A stretch of DNA of 64,000 bases from the human T2T-CHM13v2.0 reference genome, Homo sapiens, in the NCBI RefSeq assembly GCF_009914755.1, contig NC_060934.1; one strand, written 5' to 3'. Positions 1 through 18,587 of the stretch are shown here, one piece after another. A program made the translations under genes and the position numbers. Below the pieces are notes generated by a model. It was not told where the DNA came from, did not search any database, and was given only the letters and a program-made list of their open reading frames with translations. Every line of letters begins with the position of its first letter. Position 1 is the first letter of the stretch.

Positions 1-586
1 CCCCTGCCCGCAACTGGTGATCTCAACTGTAAAATGGCAAAATTCTCATTTTCAAACCCAAGGTTCACAATGTCACTCTCTGATTCAACTTTTACAATGG
101 ATTCCCACTGGCCTTAGAACAAGGACCACAGGACTGACCATGACCTCCACACACTGTGTGCTCCTTCCTGCATGCTGCCCTTTCCAAGGCATTCAACCCC
201 AGTGGCCTGCAGTCTTGTATGCTCTCTCTTACAGGGACACAGCAGCCTCCTGGGTGTCTCGAGTATTTAATGCATGTTCCCTCAAGCCATTCACCCAATG
301 TCCACCCTTAGCAAATTGTCTAAGACACTGTCCAGCAAAATCCCTAAAGTCACAGCAGGTGTGGTATCTAACAGTAGTAAAGTTAATAATGTGGTTTTTC
401 TAAAAACAAAATGTAATTATTTCTTAGATAATCTCTAAGAATCACCCGCAATTTGTAGATCAAGGAAATAATAGTTTAATGGAACCAAAGTCCATGTATG
501 AGATAATTAGGAAAGAAAAACGAAATCTCAGTGTTGAACGAAAGGCAAATGGCGTAACTAATTACTGAAATTTAATAAGAACACAC

Positions 587-835
587 TGGGCCGGGCATGG
601 TGGCTCATGCTTGTAATCCCAGCACTTTGGGGGGATCTGAGGCCAGCCTGGGCAACATGGCAAAACCTCATCTCTACAAAAAAAATACAAAAATTAGCTG
701 AGCACGGTTGTATACACCTGTAGTCCCAGCTACTGGGGAGGCTGAAGCAGGAGGATGGCTCGAGCCCGGGAGGATGCAGTGAGCCGAGATGGTGCCAGAG
801 GACTCCAGCCTGGGCAATCGGGCCAGACCCTAAAA
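587..835 (+). mobile_element. Alu (J-like, internally deleted)
   Basis: ggccgggcatggtggctcatgcttgtaatcccagc start, A-rich linker, right arm. Confidence 0.9.
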
Positions 836-839
836 ACAC

Positions 840-1049
840 TCTCCTCCTGACTCTTCAGGGAGCCAGACAGAATTCTCTCTCTTCTGCTGCCTCCTTTGTG
901 TTTGAATATAAAACACAAAAACGAAAGCTTTGTGAAATAAATTTAACCAAGCTAAACAAAACACCTAAATAAAAGCTTTGTCTGGGAAACTTGCTCATCC
1001 TCATGTCAATTTCTATTACTGGAGAGCCAAGAAACTCTGGTCAGTAACA
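840..1049 (+). mobile_element. LTR 3' fragment (related to the LTR at 9643-10248)
   Basis: aataaaagctttgtctgggaaacttgc..gagccaagaa..gtaaca resembles the 3' end of the 9643-10248 LTR and ends in CA. Confidence 0.55.
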
Positions 1050-1194
1050 ATACCACTGACAGCTGGTTCCTGCAAAAGGTGTTGTGTTAGACAGGAATTA
1101 TTTTAAAATAATTAAAGCTTGTCATTGGGTCATAAGAAATTGTTTAATATAACAATTCCCTCAATTGAAAACAAGATAAACTAATAAGTATATT

Positions 1195-1400
1195 TTGTTG
1201 TTGTTGTTTTGTTTTGTTTTTGTTTATTTTTTTTATTATTATACTTTAAGTTTTAGGGTACATGTGCACAATGTGCAGGTTAGTTACATATGTATACATG
1301 TGCCATGCTGGTGTGCTGCACCCATTAACTCGTCATTGAGCATTAGGTATATCTCCTAATGCTATCCCTCCCCACTCTCCCCACCCCACAACAGTCCCCA
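1195..1400 (-). mobile_element. L1PA 3' end, heavily 5'-truncated
   Basis: T-rich tail followed by ttattatactttaagttttagggtacatgtgcac..ccccacaacagtcccca, the reverse complement of the L1PA 3' UTR. Confidence 0.95.
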
Positions 1401-1511
1401 GATATTTTTTAAAATATTATTGATGGAAACAAACCGCAGAAATAAATAGAATTAAGAATTCTGTAAAAAACTAGAAAGATATAAATTAGAAGTCAAATAA
1501 GAGAAACTTAT

Positions 1512-1806
1512 TGGCTCATGCCTGTAATCACAGTACTTTGGGAGGCCGAGGCGGGCGGATCAGCTGAGGTCAGGAGTTTGAGAACGGCATGGCCAACATG
1601 GCAAAACCCAGTCTCTACTAAAAATACAATAATCAGCCAGGCATGGTGGCGCAGACCTGTAATCCCAGCTACTCAAGAGGCTGAGGACGAATTACTTGAA
1701 CACAGGAGGTGGAGGCTGCAGTCAGCCGAGATCTCCACTGCGCCACTGCACTCCAGCATGGGAGACAGAGCAGAACCCCGTCTCAAAAAATAAAAAATAA
1801 AAAAAA
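1512..1806 (+). mobile_element. AluS
   Basis: Dimeric Alu with A tail. Confidence 0.92.
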
Positions 1807-1943
1807 GGAGAAACATATTGAATCAAACTGGAAACAGAGAGAAAATGGGTGATTTCCTAATAAAAATACACAACAAAATGGACTCTAAAATAAGGAAAAT
1901 TTAAATACACCGATTAGCATAGAAAAGCTTGGAGTGACCCTTA

Positions 1944-3830
<1,887 letters not shown>

Positions 3831-4299
3831 AAAGACACCGCAGGGCCATACGGGTTTACAGCTCAGTATTAAGTAACCTTAACGAAATCTGATTTTATTT
3901 AAAATGCTGAAGGCCAAGGGAAAAAAAAAAAGATTAGTGACTTTCTTCAATTAATTTTATGGTATCATGTCAAAGCTTGATATAGTTAATACATTTCAAC
4001 TAACTTAGGATGAGAATGTTTATAAAACAGACGTCATTTTCTGTACCATTACAAATACACTGCAAATTAAACAGACTTTCTCAACAAAAGAAAAACTGTT
4101 GTTGACGAGTTCACTTCCATTAGACGCACACAATGGTGTTTTTGGTTTTGTTTTCATTTGTTTTTGTTTTTTGAGACAAGGTCTCGCTCTGTTGCCCAGG
4201 GCTTGAGTGCAGTGGCGTGAGCATGATAATGTGCCTACTTTTCCATTTTCCTGTGTTGTTTCTACTATGTTAACAAATGAGTCTGAAAACACGGAGCAC

Positions 4300-6641
<2,342 letters not shown>

Positions 6642-6763
6642 TTATTTTCTTTATTTTCTTTTTACTCTTAAAAAGGGTCTCGCCCTGTCGCCCAGACTGG
6701 AGTGCAGTGCAGTGAGCATAATGTGCTACTTTTCCATTTTCCTGCGTTGTTTCCACTACGTTA

Positions 6764-7750
<987 letters not shown>

Positions 7751-7751
7751 G

Positions 7752-8069
<318 letters not shown>

Positions 8070-8084
8070 CTAAATTGATTTTCT

Positions 8085-8445
8085 TTCTTTTCTTTTTAGA
8101 GACAGGGTATCGTTCTGTTACCCAGGCTTGAGGACAGTGGCATAATCACAGTTCCTGGGTTCAGCTTCCAGCTCCCGGGTTCAGCTTCCAGCTCCCGGGT
8201 TCAAGAGATTCTCCAACCTCAGCCTCCCAAAGCACTGGGATTACAGGTGTGAACCACCGTGCCAAGCCCCACCTGATTTTCTTTTATTTATTTGTTTTAA
8301 TTATTTTATTTTATTTTTTACTGGGGGGAGTGGGTCTCACTATGTTGCCCAGGCTGGTCTAGAACTCCCAAGCTCAAGTGATCCTCCCAACTCAGCCTCC
8401 CAAAGTGCTAGGATTACATGAGTGAGCCACCATGCACTGCCTGAC
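8085..8445 (-). mobile_element. Old Alu (J/FLAM) fragments
   Basis: Antisense Alu arms with a small 19-bp internal tandem duplication at ~8155-8200. Confidence 0.8.
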
Positions 8446-8449
8446 TTTC

Positions 8450-9253
8450 TATCAGCAATAATATATAGGAATAATTTGAACTTGAAATTTAAAAAAAATT
8501 ACCATTTATAATAGCACCCCCAAAATTGAATTTATTAAGTATAAATGTAACAAAATACATCCAAATATGCATTCAGAAAACCTTGGATCATGGTTGGGAA
8601 GAATAAAAAATATATAAATAAATGCAGATACTCTTTGTTAGGAGCAGTACACTCATTACTTTTAGCTTTACCACAAAGCTAAAGTAATGAAGAGAGTGAT
8701 ATTGGTGAAGGAATGGACAAATAGATAAACAGAATAGAATACAGAACCCAAAAGACCCAAATAAATATAGTCAACTGCTTTTGTCAAAGGGGCAAAAATA
8801 TTCAGTGGGGAAAGAAAAGTCTGTTCCACAGATGGCGACAGAACAATCGGAAACCATAGGGAAAAAAATGAACGTAGGTACAAACTTCATAGCTCACCCC
8901 TAAAAAATAATTCAAGATAGACTGTAGACTTAAATTTTCAAATATAAAATTGTAAAAGTTATTGAAGAAAATCCATATGACTTTGGATTGGTGATGAGTC
9001 TTTAGATACAATACCAAAAGCCAGTTCATAAGATAAAAAATGATAATGTGGACTTTATTAAAATTTAAAATGACTACTCTGTGAAATATCCAGTTAAGAG
9101 AATCAAAAAACAAGCCACAGACTGAGAGAAAATATTTAAAAAACAAACCTGAAAAAGACTTGTGCGCAAAATATACAAACAAATTCTAACAACAAAAAGA
9201 AAAACAACCCAATTAAAAGTTAGACACCTCACCAAAAAAGATATACAGATGAC
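8450..9253 (+). mobile_element. Old L1M ORF2 3' region fragment
   Basis: A-rich degenerate L1 ORF2 (..caaagctaaagtaatgaagagagtg..gaaaatatt..cacctcaccaaaaaagatatacagatg). Confidence 0.8.
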
Positions 9254-9255
9254 AT

Positions 9256-10365
<1,110 letters not shown>

Positions 10366-10589
10366 AGGCATGTTGTGCTCCATCTGCCGCTCTCTCCAGA
10401 CCACAGCTCCTCCCCAAGCCCACCCCATGAGAGGCTGAGGACAGAAGCAGGACCCTTCACAGGCCACCATCACTGCTGGATGGTCACTTCCAGCACTGAC
10501 TGTCTGGGAGCTCCAGCCTCAACTCTCAGTTTCCTGGAGCAGATGGGAGTATGAGGACAAAGAGGAAGAAGGGCGCTGGCCTCCCAGGA

Positions 10590-10830
10590 ACTGTCCCTGA
10601 GCCTCCACCCTGCTGTCCCTGAAGCTGCCCCTGAGCCTCCACCCTGAGCTCAGCCCAGAGCTGTCCCTGAGCCTCCACCCTGAGCTCAGCCCAGAGCTGT
10701 CCCTGAGCCTCCACCCTGCTGTCCCTGGAGCTGCCCCTGAACTTCCACCCTGCTGTCTCCAGAGCTGTCCCTGAGCCTCCACCCTGCTGTCCCCAAAAGT
10801 GTCATTGAGCCTCCACCACGCTGTCCCTAG
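10590..10830. repeat. GC-rich minisatellite, core GAGCTGYCCCTGAGCCTCCACCCTG (~33-36 bp units, ~7 copies)
   Basis: Core repeats visibly; a dispersed copy lies at ~11175-11198. Confidence 0.9.
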
Positions 10831-11320
10831 AGCCCAGAAAGCCCAGGGCTGGCCAAACCTCACCCCTCACTCCTCCTCTGGCCCCTCTTCCCAGCCATCT
10901 GCACTTTGGAACAGCCATTAAGCCCCTTTTAATCTCTAGAAAGGTGCCTCAGGAAGGCACAAACAGGTCACACCGGGTGGTCATGGTGCCTTACCTGTGT
11001 CCACTGGGCCCTGGCTGGCCCTTTAAGGGGATGAGGGCGGAACAGCTGAGAGACCATAACCTTCTTCTCAGAGAGGCCAGGGATAAAGAAAAGGGACAGC
11101 AGGAGAAACCTGTGGGCAGGATGCTGAGGGTAGAGGTTCTCCCCACAGGCACTGAGCAGAGGGATCCTTCCTCCCTGAAGCTGCCCCTGAGCCTCCATCC
11201 AGAGAGGACCTCCAACCACTACTAGGGCCCGTTCTCAGGAGGTTCAGTCCCAGACAAGGGTTCCAGAGACTTAAGTCCATTTTCCCAAAATGGACATGAT
11301 GCATATGGCAAGTCAGGGAC

Positions 11321-11890
11321 TTAGAACGTCCAGGACCAAGCCTTGCTGAGGACGGAAGGGAGCAACGTGCCCTGGAGGTCCTCATGCAGCCCGGACCTCT
11401 GGCAGTGACCAGCCAGCACCCAGGCATCTCCTTGCTGGGTCTCCAAGCCCTGATGGTCACAGAAAAGGCCACAGGCCAGGGCTGGGATGGGCCCAGGGCT
11501 CTGTGTGTTTCCTGGGAGGGATGAGGGGTGGCATCCCCCGTAGCAGCTCGAGGCTCAGTAGTCACTGCTGTTACTGCTGCCCTCTGAGTCTGGGGGAGCT
11601 GGCCTGGTGGGGCACATGGGGGCCCAGTCCTCCTGTGGCAGATAGGCAAGCGGCTGTGCCCTCCACTCCTTACACCCTGCTGGCAGCACATCCTCTGAGC
11701 TCAGGTTGCCCCAGAGGCTGGTCCCAGTGCCCTCTTGCTCCTCCTCCAGGACCACAGATTTCCAAGGACCCACTGGGCCACAAGTGAGCAGTGCAGTGGC
11801 CTCCTGGATGCAGGGCTCCAAGGCTCCTCGTGGGGTGCCAGCACAGTCCTGGCTCAGCAGCACACCTGCCCCGTGGGCCCCCATCCAAGT
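11321..11890 (-). pseudogene. IL9R exon 9 coding homologue (cytoplasmic tail)
   Basis: ttccag|ACTTGGATGG; TWMGAHGAG...YLPQEDWAP...SSNSSDY* (premature TGA 11555-11557). The frame then continues ..CYGGCHPSSLPGNTQSPGPIPALACG..VLSKAWSWTF to TAA at 11321-11323. Confidence 0.95.
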
Positions 11891-12254
11891 CTGGAACAGA
11901 GTGTGGGAGGAGCGAAGGGCTCAGGCAGCATGTTCAGAACTCATCCTGGGAGCAGCTGCCTCCTTTCTGGCAAGCCCAGCCTCCCTCCTCCTCCAGGAAG
12001 CCCTCCTGAGGTCCACACCCAGAGGCCAAGCAGCGCCTGTGTCTTGGACATTCTGTCTTTCCTCCATGTGCCAGCCCATCCTCATCATGGGACCCTGAGT
12101 CCCTTCAGGCTCCTCAGCACTCCCCCAGCACAGGGTCTGGTGCCCACGGCAGCCTGAACCAAGGTACAGATGGTGATATCTGCCCAGGACAGAGCCAGCT
12201 CCTGACAGCATGTGCCTCAGGGCCTTTCAGCAGCTGCAGAGACTGGGCATTCCC

Positions 12255-12255
<1 letters not shown>

Positions 12256-12301
<46 letters not shown>

Positions 12302-12345
12302 ACACACAGACATACACACAAACACACACACAGACACACACACAC
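12256..12345. repeat. (CA)n microsatellite with an imperfect extension
   Basis: Direct reading. Confidence 0.97.
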
Positions 12346-12495
12346 GAGTCACTGTCAGGACTGGTGACTTTCAAAGCACTGGGCTATGGCCAGCAGACCT
12401 GGATCCTTCTGTGGGGCCACAGGAGGCCCCCACCTCCAAAAGGAAGCTGTTCCCTTGGTGGGACCAGGAGCCTCCATCCCATGCATCACACACAC

Positions 12496-12599
12496 CACAC
12501 CCTCCGTCACTGCACTGCTCCCTAAACACACAACACACCCTCCGTCACTGCACTGCTCCCTAAACACACAACACACCCTCCGTCACTGCACTGCTCCCT
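12496..12599. repeat. 38-bp tandem repeat x~2.7
   Basis: cacaccctccgtcactgcactgctccctaaacacacaa at 12496, 12534 and 12572 (partial). Confidence 0.93.
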
Positions 12600-13702
12600 G
12601 GAGACAAACCTACGGCACCACCCGAGGGTCTAAATAACAACTGGCAGGTGCCCTTGTTCTCTAGGGAAGAGCTGGTGCCTATAACAGGATGACAGTCCAG
12701 GGGACAGTCACGATCTGTGTCCTGCTCAGCCTTGTACTCAGCTGCCCAGGCTCCTAACAGTCACACCTACCACCTTGGGGAAAAGGGGAGACTCTGCCAA
12801 GAGCCAGGTGCCCAGTTTAGGGTTCAAATTGAATATTTGGACAAAAATCTTGAAAACTAGGCTCCTCATTGAGAGAGAAAAGGATGTTTCTGCATAGTAA
12901 GTTGGAGCTGCGGTGCGGAGGGGACATCCTTGCCACACAGGGCCCAGGGATGCCCTAGGGCACAGGGAGGGAAGATCCTGGAGAAGAGGGGTCAGCTTGG
13001 CCCAGAACCCAGGGAGGGGCCCTCACTGCTTCTTGTCCTTTGCCCAAAGTGAGGAGTCTGAGGGGAACAACCAGGGACCACTCACTGGAGCCCTCCCTCT
13101 CCCCCTCCTCCCACCCAGGGGGCATGAACCGCCAGCCCAGCAGGGAGGGGAGGGGCTGATGGAACCCCCAAGTTGTTCACTGGTGCCTGGGCTGTGTGGG
13201 CCCAACAGGGCAACAGAAGGGGAAGTGAAGAGCCCACTCCTCAGCTGTGGTGCCAGCATGCGATCCGTAGGGACCAGGGGACCAGGCAGAGCAGGAGCCC
13301 AGAGGCAGTGAGAGCCCCAAGGGCAGCACACACACCACAGACCCTTCCCCACAGCCACGGGACAGACACCTTCGCAGAAGGAGGAGGTGAGGCACATGGT
13401 GGGTGCAGACAGCCGCAAACCAGAGGGGACAGAGATAAGTCATGAGAAATTTACATTTTTCCATCAACAGTGGAACTGGAGACATGAGAACAAAAAGAAA
13501 TCAGTAACGGAGAATAAAGCCAGTTTTTCCCCACTGGAGACACAGCGTATAAATTGAAATACAGTGAATATACAAAAAAGGCTCCAAGCACTGACAAGGC
13601 TCCCATACTGGCCGCCAACCCTCTTGAAAGCCAACATCTCGGGCAAGCCGGAGCTCTGGGCAACACCTGCCCCCAACGCCCTGCCGTGGTCTCTGCACAC
13701 AC

Positions 13703-13786
13703 CTGGAAGTTCCCATTGTGCACACTGTAGAGGGCTGGAAGAACACTGCTGGAGAGGACACATTCTGGTAGAAGTTTTTCTTCACC
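13703..13786 (-). pseudogene. IL9R exon 8 homologue (Box1), 1-nt deletion
   Basis: ctcag|GGTGAAGA...TTCCAG|gtgtg, 84 nt; VKKNFYQNVSSPAVFFQP, then LYSVHNGNFQ in a shifted frame. Confidence 0.93.
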
Positions 13787-15151
13787 CTGAGGCCAGGAGA
13801 GGCCAGTCAGAGGCCTGTGGGGACGCAGGGGGCCTGAGGTCACCACAGAGGCTGAGCTTCCTTCCATCAGCAGGAGGCCCACCCATCTCATCCCTGCCAC
13901 TGCCTCTCTCCCATCTCATCACATCCCAACCCACTCTCAGGGCAGGACCCAACTGGGCCTCCTTGCCTAACGGCCGCACAGAACTGATTTATACTAAGGC
14001 AGGCGTCCTTTACAGCATGACCTCCAATGGTGGGTTCAGAATGGGGAGTTACCAGCCGGGTCCTCAGCCCGCAGAGGGAGCCAGCACCTCCAGGAACCTT
14101 GTCTTTGACATCAGCAGAAGTTCTGTGGCTGCCACCCCACCCAGTGTCTCCTTGAGCACCAGACTTGCTGCCGAAGATCCACTGACCCTCCCACAAGGAT
14201 GTCACCTGGGGCTCCAACCCAACAGGTGCAAATAGACCTTGCCAACCTCCCCGCAAGGATGTCCCCCATTTCCCCACCTCAGGGGTCACCACTCAAATCT
14301 CATCCAGTCACACGTCCCCTCTATTCTCCCCCTAAGACCCTGCAATTCCCTCCACCTTGCTCTATCTCCACTTCTTTCACTGGCTCATGCCAAATCATCT
14401 CCCTGTGGGCACCCCACTGGCCCCCAATGGCCCACAGCAGGTCCCCCATGTCCCCTTACTCCAGCAATCCATTCCTCAAAACATAAACTAGGTCGCGTTA
14501 CAGTTTCACACTTTCCTTTGCTCCAAGGAGAAGCCAAGCACCCTCCCGCTTAGCCCCACCCAACACCCCTCTCCCCACACCCTCTTCCTCACATCCTCGG
14601 CCTGACATGGCCCCTGCACTCCCTCTTGTAACCTGACATGTGGTGCATGAGGCGTGATGGTTTATTTAAGGAGGGCCCTTGTCCATCTTGTTCTCTAAGG
14701 CATCGGCCAGGGTGAGAACAGGGTCCTGTGCATACCAGATGCCCCAACTGACCTTTCATATAACGTGTGAACAAAAGAACACACCAAGCTCCTCCAGAGG
14801 CAGGAGACTAGGACCTCCGGCTCTTGATCTCGGTGACTCTGGGTCTGGTCAGGACCAAGCTGCCCTTATCTTCAGCCTCTGCCTCAGACCCCCCTTCCCT
14901 GCTCTCCCCTGGCAACTTGAGAACCCTCTTCTGGACCAGGGTGGAGACTGGAAAAGCCCACCCCATCCAGGACCAAGCAGTGGAGAGGGGAGGGTAGGAA
15001 CCAGACAAGGGTGGCCCTTGACAGCCCACCCACCACACACTCACACATGCACACAGTCACACATCTGCACACATACACTAACGTGTACACTCTTGCCCGC
15101 TCACACATGTACACACACGCGCACACACACACACACACATCAGCTACCTAC

Positions 15152-15257
15152 CTGGGCGACAGCTTGAACAGGAGGTAGGTCAGGCTAGTCAGCAGGAGAA
15201 AGACAGACACAGCAACAAAGGTGTTGCCTGGCCGCCCCCAGGGTGGGATCAGAGGGC
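15152..15257 (-). pseudogene. IL9R exon 7 homologue (transmembrane)
   Basis: ccacag|GCCCTCTG...GCCCAG|gtagg, 106 nt; GPLIPPWGRPGNTFVAVSVFLLLTSLTYLLFKLSPR. Confidence 0.95.
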
Positions 15258-15559
15258 CTGTGGGCAGGAAGGGCCAAGGGCTGTGAGCAGCCTCAGTGCA
15301 CACGTGTGTGCACACATACATACATGCACACTCATGTGCACGCACTCACAGAGACACAGGCACACTCACCCTACTCACACACACACACAAAGCACACACA
15401 GGTGCATGTCAGCACGTGTGTGTTCACACACACACCTGGCTCCAGTTCCTCCCCTCCTCATCACTCCAAGTTGACATCTCCTTGTTTAGAGTGGGGAGTC
15501 TGCCCTGGACTGCTGCTCCCAGGAGAGAGGACCCCAGGGGAAGCCAGTCAAAGTGTTAC

Positions 15560-15674
15560 CTCTCCTGCCTCTTGAAGCCCAGCTCATAGCTGAGAAGTGT
15601 GGTCATCAGCTCCAAGGCAGGACTGATGCTCCAGGTCAGGATGCTCTGCAAGTCAGAGAGCGGGTCCAGCTTCA
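15560..15674 (-). pseudogene. IL9R exon 5 homologue with internal deletions
   Basis: ttccag|TGAAGCTG...GGAGAG|gtaac, 115 nt; VKLDPLSDLQS-ILTWSISPALELMTTLLSYELGFKRQE, lacking NISSGHC and most of the EAWE end. Confidence 0.92.
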
Positions 15675-16220
15675 CTGGAACAGAGTGAATCTACCTAAGG
15701 CTGAAGCCCCATGGGTCTGGGTGTGTCAGTCAACACACCCAAGGGGTGGGGCATGGTCCAGGCCCTCTCAGACCAGGCACCTCACAGGGAGACTGGTCCA
15801 GAAAAGCCCCAGGCGGGACAGGACAGCAATGACTTCCTCTGGCCTCTGCAGCTAGACTAGGCGGTTTCTAAATCTTGTGTTCCCTTTCCTTCACAGTCTG
15901 CTGCTGGAAGTCCTTCCCAGCATCTTATTGGAGTCCTTCCTGGTATGGCTGAAGTGCATTTCACATAACTCTAGTGCCAGCCCCTGCCCCAAACTAGCAG
16001 CCCTGCATCTTTATTTTCTACAAAACCCTGCCCCCGCAGTAACCATGTGTGCCCTCCTCTCCCAGGGGCCAAGCCTGCCCCCAGCCCTGGATCTCACTTG
16101 GCAGGGACTGAGAACACTCGCTGGGCCACAGGGGTCACAGGCTGCAGGGCCCTGACCCCAGCCCCCAGGCAGCCAGGATGTTATTGGCGAGGGGCCCTGC
16201 CCCAGGTCTATAGCTGATAC

Positions 16221-16399
16221 CGTGTCTCCAGGGCAGGTACTGCAGCTCCACCAGGCTGACCTGCTCCCTCCCAAACGTGCAGTGGTGGAAAGTGATGATG
16301 AAATTGTCGGACGGCAGGAGCACCGCCTTGGGTGGAAGCACGACAGTGCACTCACTGCCCCACAAGATGCACTTATGTGTGCCACCAGGAGCCTGCTTG
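16221..16399 (-). pseudogene. IL9R exon 4 homologue
   Basis: ttctag|CAAGCAGG...GACACG|gtatc, 179 nt; KQAPGGTHKCILWGSECTVVLPPKAVLLPSDNFIITFHHCTFGREQVSLVELQYLPWRH. Confidence 0.95.
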
Positions 16400-16515
16400 C
16401 TAGAAAGGGCAAGTGTCAGCACCACGGGGCTGTTACACTGTCGTGGTGTAGCTGCTGCCATCCTGGGGACCTCACCCTCATCCCTGTCCAGGTGGGCATG
16501 GCCCTCCACGCTCAC

Positions 16516-16625
16516 CTAATGAAGAGGAGCCCGGGGCTGGAGCCCTGGCCCAGCTCTGGGGCAGACCAGTGGCAATCGATCCTGAGATTGTTGTTGGTGA
16601 GGCAGGTGAAGTTTGGCCCTTGGCC
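16516..16625 (-). pseudogene. IL9R exon 3 homologue, frameshifted
   Basis: ctccag|GGCCAAGG...TTCATTAG|gtgag, 110 nt. The IL9R peptide FTCLTNN.LRIDCHWSAPELGQGSSP is out of frame with exon 2, and the spliced frame ends in TAG at 16516-16518. Confidence 0.93.
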
Positions 16626-17055
16626 CTGGAGACAGTGACAGTTGGGAGCCCACCGTGAGTGCTTCAGGGCAGAGTTGAGTTGGGGGGTTGTGAAGGGATC
16701 TGACAGCTGACACCCTAGCAGGGCAGTCACCACTGAATGATCCCAGAATCTGCCCAGGGAAGCACTGGGAGGCCTGGGAAGTGGCGGGCTCTGACCCATG
16801 GTACACGGGCAAGTCAGACTTAGAGAGGCGTCAAGAGGGTGAAGGAAGGGAGACTAGGGTTGCTGCGGGGACTGAAGGTAGGAAGGTAAAGGTAGGGAGA
16901 ATAGAGACTGAGGTCCAGGCTGACCCCTAGAGGACATGCCCCAGCACAGTTTGGGCCAAACCTTTCTCTAGGGTCTCAACGTCGGACAAACCAGTCCCCC
17001 AAACATGCCCTAGTTCTCCACACACCTCATACAGACACTAGTGCCCAGCCCTCAC

Positions 17056-17169
17056 CTCGTCCATCCCCCAAGACAGAGACTCCCGAGCAGACACAGGTGC
17101 AGATGCAGGTGCAGGCCAGGAACCAGGTGCTCATGTCTCGCCTCAGAGCCTCACTCTTCAAGGTCCAGC
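17056..17169 (-). pseudogene. IL9R exon 2 homologue (signal peptide)
   Basis: ttgcag|GCTGGACC...GGACGAG|gtgag, 114 nt; GWTLKSEALRRDMSTWFLACTCICTCVCSGVSVLGDGR. Confidence 0.95.
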
Positions 17170-17706
17170 CTGCAAGGGGCTGGGCTGAGGGCCCTGTGCG
17201 AGCCATCCCTCTCTGGAGGGGTGCTCCCCATGAATTTCACCCCAGCAGATTGCTCAGCGGGTCTCCATCTGCACTCACACTGTGTCCTGTGAAAGACGCT
17301 GGGCACCACTGCCCAGGCTTTACCGATAAGGAACTGAAGCTTAGAAAGGCCACTCGACCCAGCTGCAGACTCATGGCTGCAGGGTGTAAGATGCACCCTC
17401 AAACTTAGATCTTGGACTCTTGCTTAGCTAAGTCTCCACGTCTGCCAAGAAGGTTCCTCTCTAGGACGGGCATCCTCTGCCAGCCCATCCCCTGTCCCTG
17501 GGCCCAGGCCTCATCCTGCAGGGGAGTCAGGATTGGGGGAACCACTCACTACCAACAACCACCACAGGTGCATTTTCTACTTTAATTCTCACAACAGCTT
17601 TGTAAGGGAGAAGCACTGTCCCCGTTCACAGGCAAGGAGCTGACTCCCAAGGAGGGAAGGAGGGGAAATGACTTGCCCAGGGTCACACAGACAACTTCTA
17701 TGCATT

Positions 17707-18010
17707 CTTTTTTTTTTTTTTTTTTAGACAGAGTCTCCCTCTGTTGCCCAGGCCGGAGTGCAGTAGTGTGATCTTGGTTAACTGCAACCTCCAACTCCTG
17801 GGTTCAAGCGATTCTCCTGCCTCAGCCTCCTGAGTAGTTGGGATTATAGGCTCCTGCTGCCACAGCCAGCTAATTTTTTTGTATTTTTAGTAGAGATAGC
17901 ATTTCACTATGTTGGCCAGGCTGGTTTCGAACTCCTGACCTCAAGTGATCCACCCCCTCCTTGGCCTCCCAAAGTGCTGGGATTACAGGCATGAGCCACT
18001 GCTCCTGGCC
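17707..18010 (-). mobile_element. AluS in an IL9R-derived intron
   Basis: TSD TCTATGCATTCT on both sides. Confidence 0.93.
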
Positions 18011-18587
18011 TCTATGCATTCTCTCTCCCTTTTGTCTTCTTAAATAAAGACCCATCCCAGGATTTTACCCCAGGAAGGTGGACAAGAGTGGCAGCAAGGT
18101 ATCCATGCAACAGATGGCACTTCCTTAACTCTGTTGCACCCCTGTTCCAAGGTGCCTCCAAAGGACAGCACCACCAGAAGGGCAAAGCCCCCATGCTGGA
18201 GTATGAGCCTGAGTCCCAGGATCCCTGGAGGAGCCAGAGGTTGGCTGGAGATAAGGCCCTCGGTGTCAGGAAGCTCTTGTGTGTGGGAAAGCTGCTGACG
18301 CCCTATCACCCCGTTTGCAGCTCCATTGATACACCCATAACCCGTAGGCAGGAAGCAGGGCCAACCTGGTTACACAAGACTGATTAGTGATAAGGAGGAG
18401 AAAAAAACCAGACATGCACCCAGACTACAGCATACACGCAGACTACAGCACGCGCACCCTTAAGGAACCCACACACCCTCAACGGGCAGCAGGCACTACT
18501 CTAACCCCACTCCACCCTACTCCTGGCAGCCTATCCAGGTACCCACTGGACAGTCCCCTGTTAAGACCGATGATCAGGAATCCTCAC

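Noticed and set aside
11068-16638. Plus-strand and off-frame ORFs across the IL9R region (e.g. 13564-14235, 223 aa)
   Set aside because: Antisense or intronic GC-rich frames with no recognisable protein; explained by the pseudogene's composition.
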